Source: an uncultured Coxiellaceae bacterium
Lineage (GTDB): Bacteria > Myxococcota_A > Polyangia > Polyangiales > Houyiibacteriaceae
Direction of reading: 5' to 3'
Length of the DNA stretch: 64,000 nt
Assembly (NCBI GenBank): GCA_964194675.1
Contig: CAXMND010000179.1
Coordinates: forward strand, 192-64,191
Shown here: one piece after another, positions 57,377 to 64,000 of the stretch
How positions within the stretch are numbered: the stretch's first letter is position 1
How the letters are laid out: every line of letters starts with the position of its first letter
Notes under the pieces: model-generated
Told to the model about the DNA's origin: nothing
Database searches by the model: none
The model's input: the letters and a program-made list of their open reading frames with translations, nothing else
Position numbers and translations under genes: made by a program

Positions 57377-58162
57377 CTAGCGCTTGCGGATCTGCACCAG
57401 ATTTTTGGATTTTACCATTGCGCTGATGAGCTCGCGATTCATGCGTGCAATCCATTCGAGGCTCACGCCCTTCGGACAAACGGCTTCGCATTCGCCGTGA
57501 TTGGTGCACGAGCCAAACCCTTCAGCGTCCATCTGCGCGACCATTTTTCGCGCGCGATCTGCGCGTTCGGCTTGCCCCTGAGGCAGCAGCGACAGGTGCG
57601 AGATTTTGGCTGCCGTGAAGAGGCTTGCCGACGCGTTTGGGCAGGCTGCCACACACGCGCCGCACCCGATGCATTCGGCCGCGTCCATCGCGCGATCCGC
57701 GATCTCTTTGGCGATCGGCATCTCGTTGGCTTCGCTTGCGCTGCCCGTACGGATCGAAATGTAGCCGCCAGCTTGAATGATGCGGTCGAACGCGGTGCGG
57801 TCGACAATCAGATCTTTGACGATCGAAAAACCGTCCGCGCGCCAGGGCTCGAGCCAGATCTCCTGGCCGTTCTCGAACTGTCGCATGTGCAGCTGGCAGA
57901 CGGTCGTCAGTTTCTGGGGACCATGCGCTACACCGTTGACGACCATCCCACATGCGCCGCAAATGCCTTCGCGGCAGTCGTAGTCGAACGCGATCGCGTC
58001 CTCGCCGTTTTCGATCAGCTCTTCGTTCACGACGTCGAGCATCTCGAGGAAGGACATGTGCGTGGTTATGTCTTTTGCGTGGTACGTCTTGAAGCTGCCA
58101 GGTTGGTTCGACCCTGATTGGCGCCAGACGTGAAGCGTTAGATCGAGTAACTCGTCGGTCAT
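57377..58162 (-). CDS. sdhB: Succinate dehydrogenase/fumarate reductase iron-sulfur subunit
   Basis: I trimmed the start to the ATG at 58162 ('[15 protein letters not shown]'). The cluster ligands are '[15 protein letters not shown]' (2Fe-2S), '[12 protein letters not shown]' and '[12 protein letters not shown]'. Confidence 0.92.
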   Translation of the reverse strand: MTDELLDLTLHVWRQSGSNQPGSFKTYHAKDITTHMSFLEMLDVVNEELIENGEDAIAFDYDCREGICGACGMVVNGVAHGPQKLTTVCQLHMRQFENGQEIWLEPWRADGFSIVKDLIVDRTAFDRIIQAGGYISIRTGSASEANEMPIAKEIADRAMDAAECIGCGACVAACPNASASLFTAAKISHLSLLPQGQAERADRARKMVAQMDAEGFGSCTNHGECEAVCPKGVSLEWIARMNRELISAMVKSKNLVQIRKR

Positions 58163-58170
58163 GGCGTCCC

Positions 58171-60102
58171 TTACTTGTAGCTCCGCTTGGTTGGCTTCAC
58201 GTACTCGAAAGTGAGCGGCTCTTTTTGGAGTCGCGGCTTTGCTGGATCCCCGGTCCACTCCCAGGCCGCGACGTAGCTGAAGTTCGCGTCATCTCGAAGG
58301 GCTTCCCCTTTCTCTTGGTGCTCCTCGCGGAAGTGGCCCCCGCAGCTCTCGTTTCGGTCGAGCGCATCGATGCACATGAGCTCACCGAGCTCGAAAAAGT
58401 CGGCGATCCGTCCGGCGCGCTCGAGCGTTTGGTTGAGGTCTTCGCCACTTCCAGTGATTTTGACCTGACGCCAGAACTGCTCGCGAAGCTCTGGGATCTT
58501 CGCGAGAGCCTCCTCGAGCCCCTCGGCATTTCGCGACATCCCGCACTTCTCCCAAATGATCTTCCCGAGCTCCCGGTGGAAATGCTCGGGGGCGTGCTTG
58601 GGGTCAGGCGCGTTCATGAGCTTGCGAACCCGGTCCGCGACCGATTGCATCGCGGTCTGCACATCCGGGTGATCTTCTTCGAGTGGTGGCAGCGTTCGGA
58701 CCTGCCCGAGGTAGTTGCCTACGGTAAAGGGCAGGACGAAGTACCCGTCTGCGAGGCCCTGCATCAGCGCGGAAGCGCCGAGCCGGTTGGAGCCATGGTC
58801 CGAGAAGTTGGCCTCGCCGCCAGAAAAGAGACCCGGGATCGTGGTCTCGAGATTGTAGTCCACCCAGAGGCCGCCCATCGTGTAGTGGGTTGCTGGGTAA
58901 ATCCGCATCGGCGTCTCGTATGGGCTGTCGCCCGTGATCCGTTCGTACATCTCGAACAGGTTGCCGTACCGCTCGCGGATCATCTGCTCGCCGAGACGGC
59001 CGATCGCATCGCTGAAGTCGAGGTACACGCCGCGCCGCTGGTCGAGGACCAATGGTCCGACGCCCAAGCCATCGTTCGTCAAGTACAGCGCGTTTCGCGA
59101 AGCCACATCGCGAGGGACCAGGTTGCCGAAGGCAGGGTACCGCTCCTCGAGGTAGTAGAAGCGGTCTGCCTCTGGAATGTCTTCAGGCTGCTTGGTGACG
59201 TCTTCCTTGTTGCGTGGAACCCACACACGCCCGTCGTTGCGAAGCGACTCGCTCATTAGTGTCAGCTTCGACTGATAGCTACCCGCTTGTGGGATGCAGG
59301 TGGGATGGATCTGTGTGTAACAGGGGTTCGCGAACGTCGCGCCCTTCCGATGCGCGCGCCAAGTGGCCGTGCAGTTGCTGCCCTTGGCATTCGTCGAGAG
59401 ATAGAAGACGTTACCGTAGCCGCCCGTGCACAGCACGACCATGTCCGCGATGTACGGGGTCACCTTGCCGGTCTTGAGGCATCGCGTGACGATTCCTCGT
59501 GCCCGACCATCATGCACGATCAACTCCAGCATTTCGTGACGCGGGAACATCTCGACCGTGCCCGCTTCGATCTGCCTACTGAGTGCTTGGTACGCCCCGA
59601 GCAAAAGCTGCTGGCCTGTCTGTCCCCGCGCGTAGAATGTCCTCGAGACCTGGGCGCCACCAAAGGAGCGGTTTGCCAACAACCCACCGTACTCGCGCGC
59701 GAAGGGCACACCCTGGGCGACCGCCTGATCGATGATGTGGAGGCTCAGCTCGGCCAACCGATAGACGTTCGACTCACGTGAGCGAAAATCGCCCCCCTTC
59801 ACCGTGTCGTAGAACAGCCGGTACACGCTGTCCCCGTCGTTTTGGTAGTTCTTAGCCGCGTTGATCCCACCTTGTGCTGCGATGCTGTGCGCGCGTCGTG
59901 GGCTGTCTTGGTAGCAGAAGCACTTGACGTTGTACCCCATCTCGCCGAGGGACGCGGCGGCGGCTCCTCCCGCCAGGCCGCTTCCGACCACGATGATGTT
60001 GTACTTGCGACGGTTGGCGGGTGCGACGAGCTTGCTCGCCTCTTTGTGTTTCTCCCATCGGTCTTCGATGGGACCGGTTGGCTCGTGTGATCGAAGTTCC
60101 AT
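58171..60102 (-). CDS. sdhA: Succinate dehydrogenase/fumarate reductase flavoprotein subunit
   Basis: It contains the FAD-binding '[14 protein letters not shown]', the covalent-FAD His region '[13 protein letters not shown]' and 'HYTMGGL'. The protein is 643 aa. Confidence 0.95.
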   Translation of the reverse strand: MELRSHEPTGPIEDRWEKHKEASKLVAPANRRKYNIIVVGSGLAGGAAAASLGEMGYNVKCFCYQDSPRRAHSIAAQGGINAAKNYQNDGDSVYRLFYDTVKGGDFRSRESNVYRLAELSLHIIDQAVAQGVPFAREYGGLLANRSFGGAQVSRTFYARGQTGQQLLLGAYQALSRQIEAGTVEMFPRHEMLELIVHDGRARGIVTRCLKTGKVTPYIADMVVLCTGGYGNVFYLSTNAKGSNCTATWRAHRKGATFANPCYTQIHPTCIPQAGSYQSKLTLMSESLRNDGRVWVPRNKEDVTKQPEDIPEADRFYYLEERYPAFGNLVPRDVASRNALYLTNDGLGVGPLVLDQRRGVYLDFSDAIGRLGEQMIRERYGNLFEMYERITGDSPYETPMRIYPATHYTMGGLWVDYNLETTIPGLFSGGEANFSDHGSNRLGASALMQGLADGYFVLPFTVGNYLGQVRTLPPLEEDHPDVQTAMQSVADRVRKLMNAPDPKHAPEHFHRELGKIIWEKCGMSRNAEGLEEALAKIPELREQFWRQVKITGSGEDLNQTLERAGRIADFFELGELMCIDALDRNESCGGHFREEHQEKGEALRDDANFSYVAAWEWTGDPAKPRLQKEPLTFEYVKPTKRSYK

Positions 60103-60110
60103 GACGACCC

Positions 60111-60758
60111 TTACAAAGTGACGATGCCCGTGAGGACAGAGATCGGAAACGAAACGTTGCCGAGTGTGATTACCGCCGAAATCGCGATCGCCACATCGCG
60201 ACGATAGGAGTTGTAGCGCGGGTGGTTCGCCCCGATGGATTGAAAGGCGCTGAAGATACCGTGAAAAATGTGTAAGCCGAGCGCGAGGTTGGCCGCGACG
60301 TAGAACGCCGAGATCCAGGGGTTCTGGAAGGCCTCGACGACGTTGCGATACACGTCCCCCGGATGCGCCGGGATGATCGTGAACTCGAGCAAGTGGTAGA
60401 CGAGGTAGAGCAACAGGATCGGGCCCGTCCAGTACATCGTCCGTGCCGCGTAGTCGGTCGCGAGGTCTTTACGTTGTTTGTAGTGGGAACCTCGGGCCAA
60501 GACGTTTCGGCGCCAGAGTTGGTACGCGGACCAGACGTGGGCGCCTAACGCGAACAGCAGTAGGATTCTCGTCGTCCACACGAGTGCCGGCATGCTATGG
60601 AGTTTCTCGGCGTAGCCGTTGAGCGCCTCAGGTCCGAGGTAGATGTTCAAGTTACCCAGGAAGTGGCCGGTCACGAACCCGACCATGATGGCGCCGGACA
60701 GGGCCATCACTACCTTCTTCCCGATGGTCGTTCGGTAGAGCGTTAGGGCTCGTTGCAT
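60111..60758 (-). CDS. sdhC: Succinate dehydrogenase cytochrome b558 subunit (five-helix, Bacillus type)
   Basis: I trimmed the start to the ATG at 60758, which is preceded by AGGAGAA. The 215-aa product has 5 TM helices with conserved His residues ('GHFLGN', 'LGAHVW', 'YHLLEF', 'GLHIFHG'). The 377-aa ORF-track extension is Arg-rich and overlaps the upstream gene. Confidence 0.85.
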   Translation of the reverse strand: MQRALTLYRTTIGKKVVMALSGAIMVGFVTGHFLGNLNIYLGPEALNGYAEKLHSMPALVWTTRILLLFALGAHVWSAYQLWRRNVLARGSHYKQRKDLATDYAARTMYWTGPILLLYLVYHLLEFTIIPAHPGDVYRNVVEAFQNPWISAFYVAANLALGLHIFHGIFSAFQSIGANHPRYNSYRRDVAIAISAVITLGNVSFPISVLTGIVTL

Positions 60759-61954
60759 GAGTTCTCCTGAGTAGCCTCGGGGGGGTCGTGGTACTCTACT
60801 CGGTCGCCTCGGAACGTCTCCAGCACCGTGACACCATTGTCTTGGCTGACCACGTAGTTCGGGCCCACGGGTACCTTGCCAAGGCCGCCCGGCGTGTCGA
60901 CGATCAACTTGGGTAGCGCGATTCCGCTGACTCGGCCCTGGAGCGCCCGCATCAGCTCGATCCCGCGTCGGAGCGGCGTCCGAAGGTGACTCGTTCCACG
61001 TACGGGGTCCATTTGCAGCAAGTAGTAGGGTCGGACGCGTGCACGAACCAGTCCGCGAAACAGACGTTCGAGCGTGTCCGGGTCGTCGTTGATGCCACGG
61101 AGCAAGACCGATTGGTTCATGACGGGAAGCCCCGCATCGGCGAGCCGCCCGCATGCTTCCTGCGCGTCCGGTGTGAGCTCCTTCGGGTGGTTGAAGTGCG
61201 TCATGATCCAAGTGGCTTCGTGGCCTTGACGTATGGCACGACAAAGCTCGTCTGTGATGCGTTGAGGGAGGGTGACCGGGGCGCGTGTCGCCAAGCGTAT
61301 ATAGTCGATATGATCGATCTCGCGCAGTCGCGTGAGCAAACGTGTGATCCGTTCCGTCGACATGATGCAGGGGTCGCCACCCGAAATGATCACGTCATGG
61401 ATCTCTGGGTGGGCCGAAAGCCACTGAAAGGCGGGTTCGAGGGCGGCCATCGAACGGGCGCCGCCTCCGTCCCCGACGATCCGCGACCGGGTGCAAAAGC
61501 GGCAGTACACCCCGCATCGGTCGGTAGCGATCAGTAGAACACGGTCGGGGTATCGCTGAATCAGATGTGGGGCGACTTCGTGAGCCTCCTCGCCGAGTGG
61601 ATCGGCAAGATCGCCTTTGACGGCAATGGCTTCATCGGCCCGGGGGACACACTGCTTGCGGATCGGGCAATCGGGATCGGTCGGATCGCACAGACTGAGG
61701 TAGTAGGGCGTGACGGAAATCGGGAGCCCCGCTGCCATTGCACGGGCTGCGCCAAGACGCTCCGCCTCGGTGAGCCGAAGCACGCGCTCGAGGCCATTCA
61801 GGTCGGTAACCGCGTGCTGCGCTTGCCAGCGCCAATCCTTCCACTGGGCTTGGTCCAAACGCGAGGCTTCGCGGAAATTGAGCGGTAGCGCACGCACGGC
61901 GCGGAGCTTAGTTCTTGTCTCCGGGGCGGCAACTCTTCTTGTCCCTGGACACAC
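60743..61954 (-). CDS. KamA-family radical SAM enzyme (lysine 2,3-aminomutase family)
   Basis: It contains 'SVTPYYLSL', the CxxxCxxC cluster 'CGVYCRFCTRS', 'ISGGDP' and 'QSVLLRGINDD'. The 5' start is uncertain. The 3' end overlaps sdhC by 16 nt. Confidence 0.85.
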   Translation of the reverse strand: MCPGTRRVAAPETRTKLRAVRALPLNFREASRLDQAQWKDWRWQAQHAVTDLNGLERVLRLTEAERLGAARAMAAGLPISVTPYYLSLCDPTDPDCPIRKQCVPRADEAIAVKGDLADPLGEEAHEVAPHLIQRYPDRVLLIATDRCGVYCRFCTRSRIVGDGGGARSMAALEPAFQWLSAHPEIHDVIISGGDPCIMSTERITRLLTRLREIDHIDYIRLATRAPVTLPQRITDELCRAIRQGHEATWIMTHFNHPKELTPDAQEACGRLADAGLPVMNQSVLLRGINDDPDTLERLFRGLVRARVRPYYLLQMDPVRGTSHLRTPLRRGIELMRALQGRVSGIALPKLIVDTPGGLGKVPVGPNYVVSQDNGVTVLETFRGDRVEYHDPPEATQENSCNEP

Positions 61955-62043
61955 CCGGCAAACATTGTCATATCCCAGGCTCTGAGCGGGTAGGACCCCC
62001 GTGTCAGCGTATTGTCCGAGCCGAAAGAAAAGGGAAAGAGGTT

Positions 62044-63807
62044 ATGGTCACCCCTGCAGATCCCCGCCCCTTCGACGTCGAGTATGTCGACAACCCCTCG
62101 CAGTCGGAGCTTCGTGAGCTAGCGGTCAAACACACCCCCTGCGTTCAGCGGTCCAAGGTCGGCAGCATCAACAAGGTCTCCCGCAACAAAGCGCGGATGG
62201 CCAAGTACACCTACATCATCGATACCGAGGATCGATGGAGCCATCAGATCATCGACCCTGCCAAAGCGCAGGGACTGATCGAGCGGCAGGCCAAGTACAT
62301 CGCTGACTGCGGGAAGCTCATCGCCATCGACGGTTACGTCGGTCTCGGCGAGCGCGCATTCGGCACGACGTGGCTCTACACGCCCGAGGGCGCCAACATT
62401 GCCGGGATGCAGCAGATCCTCTCGTTTCCTCGCTCGGACGTCGAAGACTCGGGGCTACTCGCGGAGCTGTTCAAGCCGATCTTCCGTCTCTTTTACACGC
62501 CGGACCTCATGCTCGATGACATGCCTGGCCGTCAGGCGATCATCGTCGATATGGCGAACTGGACCACCCACGTGATCGGTCCAGACTATTTCGGTGAGTC
62601 GAAGAAGGGCGTCCTTCGGATGCTCAACCAGTATGTGTACGACGAGGGCGGGCTGGTCCTGCACGCGGGCGCCAAAGCCGTCACGCGCAGCGGGGGCGAT
62701 CGCGTCACCATGACCGTCATGGGGCTTTCCGGCACAGGGAAGACGACGACGACATTCTCGAAGCAGGGTGATCTCACCGAGCCCATTCAAGACGACATGG
62801 TGGCGCTCTGGCCGCACGGCGTGCTCTCGATCACCGAGAACGGCTGCTTCGCCAAAATCGATGGTTTGTTGGTCGAGACGGAGCCGGTCATCTACCGCGC
62901 CACGGTGAGTCCCGAGGCCTGGCTCGAGAACGCCTTCCTCGAAGAGGACGGTTCCTTCGACTTCAGCAAGGGGATCCTGACCACGGACGACGTGTCCCGC
63001 CTTCGTGATATCCTCGTCAACACCGGCGCGGACGCGGAAAACGTCGACAAGTACATCGTCGGTGAGGTTGCGTCGGGCGATGTCGTCAACGAGCTCGGCG
63101 TGCCAGCAGACGGCTGGGACTTCGTGAAGTGGACGCAGAACGGTCGCTCGATCGTGCCGATGAGCTCGATTCCGGGTGCTGCCGATTTGCATACCATTCC
63201 TCAGGTCAAGTCGATGGGCATCCTAAACCGGGACGAAGGCGCCGATGCCGCGATGCCAGGGATCCTCCGCTTCACTTCCCCGGCGCAGGCCGCTGGTTAC
63301 TTCATGCTCGGCGAGACTTCCAAGACGAGTGCGGCCGGAAAGGACCGGGGCAAGACGCGCTCTCCCTTCACCCAACCGTTCTTCCCCGCCAAGCACGGGC
63401 TTCAAGCAAAACGCTTTGCAGAGCTTGCCAAGACGATGCCAGGCGTGACGATGTGGCTCATGAATACGGGCTACATCGGCGGCGACGCCAACGATGTGAA
63501 GCAGGAAAAGGCCCTCAAGGTGAAAATTCGCCACTCGAGCGCGATGCTGGAGGCGCTCTTGAGCGACTCGATCAAGTGGAAACGAGATCCGGATTTCGAC
63601 TACGAGATCGTCGACTGCGATGCCGCCGAAAATGCCACGCTTACCGGGAAGGTACCGGCGCAGATTCTCGAACCACGTAGGTTCTACGAAGAGAGCGGAC
63701 GCGCTGACGAGTACCGCGCCTGGGTCGATCAAATGAAGGCGGGTCGCCGCGAGTTCTTGATGAAGTTCAAGGTCGACGAGTCGATCATCCAGGCCGCCTC
63801 CAGCTAA
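62044..63807 (+). CDS. pckA: Phosphoenolpyruvate carboxykinase (ATP)
   Basis: I trimmed the start to the ATG at 62044, which is preceded by GAAAGAGG. It contains the kinase-1a motif 'GLSGTGKTTT' and 'LMNTGYIGGD'. The protein is 587 aa. Confidence 0.88.
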   Translation: MVTPADPRPFDVEYVDNPSQSELRELAVKHTPCVQRSKVGSINKVSRNKARMAKYTYIIDTEDRWSHQIIDPAKAQGLIERQAKYIADCGKLIAIDGYVGLGERAFGTTWLYTPEGANIAGMQQILSFPRSDVEDSGLLAELFKPIFRLFYTPDLMLDDMPGRQAIIVDMANWTTHVIGPDYFGESKKGVLRMLNQYVYDEGGLVLHAGAKAVTRSGGDRVTMTVMGLSGTGKTTTTFSKQGDLTEPIQDDMVALWPHGVLSITENGCFAKIDGLLVETEPVIYRATVSPEAWLENAFLEEDGSFDFSKGILTTDDVSRLRDILVNTGADAENVDKYIVGEVASGDVVNELGVPADGWDFVKWTQNGRSIVPMSSIPGAADLHTIPQVKSMGILNRDEGADAAMPGILRFTSPAQAAGYFMLGETSKTSAAGKDRGKTRSPFTQPFFPAKHGLQAKRFAELAKTMPGVTMWLMNTGYIGGDANDVKQEKALKVKIRHSSAMLEALLSDSIKWKRDPDFDYEIVDCDAAENATLTGKVPAQILEPRRFYEESGRADEYRAWVDQMKAGRREFLMKFKVDESIIQAASS

Positions 63808-63865
63808 GAGCTCGAGCAGCCGCAGGTTTTGGGCCACCTGCTGGACCTGTGATAACAGTCCCGGC

Positions 63866-64000
63866 GTGGGACGGTTGGCGCCGGTATTGGTCCTGTTGGC
63901 TTTCGGGTTGCCGGTCACCGCATCGGCGAGTGACTACGACTCGGTCGTCTTCGATGCGGTCTACGGCGGCACGGTGTCCAAATACTCCTTCGGCACCAAG
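63866..64000 (+). CDS. 5' fragment of a secreted protein (runs off the window)
   Basis: A GTG at 63866 opens 'GRLAPVLVLLAFGLPVTASA|SDYDSVVFDAVYGG', which looks like a signal peptide with an A-x-A cleavage site. Only 45 codons are visible. Confidence 0.35.
   Translation, partial: MGRLAPVLVLLAFGLPVTASASDYDSVVFDAVYGGTVSKYSFGTK

Overview
This is a densely coding, high-GC bacterial chromosomal window. Spot counts of 60-nt samples give about 65-68% GC in the core genes. I support about 60 protein-coding genes and found no rRNA, tRNA, CRISPR array, transposase or integrase. The gene content (an MglA-family GTPase, a DUF1552 remnant, a Bacillus-type sdhCAB operon, and an mraZ-to-ftsZ cluster without murB or ddl) suggests a Myxococcota-like deltaproteobacterium, but that is inference only.

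Core content:
- purL-purQ and thiS-thiG-thiE, sharing a strand with a catalytically degenerate signal-peptidase homologue
- alr and mlaE-mlaF
- pyrR-pyrB followed by a DUF1343/NamZ-like gene
- thiL
- a complete, tightly coupled dcw cluster (mraZ, rsmH, ftsL, ftsI, murE, murF, mraY, murD, ftsW, murG, murC, ftsQ, ftsA, ftsZ) at 34.9-51.3 kb
- hisC, sdhCAB, a KamA-family radical SAM gene and pckA

Most notable non-core content:
1. A visibly lower-GC block at about 14.4-25.7 kb, plus adjacent genes from 11.5 kb, encodes an apparent envelope glycan/lipid modification system. It contains a flippase-like protein, two alkaline-phosphatase-superfamily proteins without the sulfatase formylglycine motif, a polyprenyl-phosphate GT2, two large uncharacterised polytopic membrane proteins, AsnB, two SAM methyltransferases and an orphan Dam-type methylase.
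2. A translationally coupled module encodes a tail-anchored small protein, an MglA-like GTPase with no adjacent MglB, a soluble PocR-type histidine kinase and ThiL.
3. A gene-decay zone at 52-53.8 kb contains a DUF1552 C-terminal remnant, a hexamer microsatellite and a frameshifted di-haem cytochrome gene.
4. A FolB-cupin fusion sits next to an SDR.

All functional calls rest on by-eye motif recognition. None was checked against a database.
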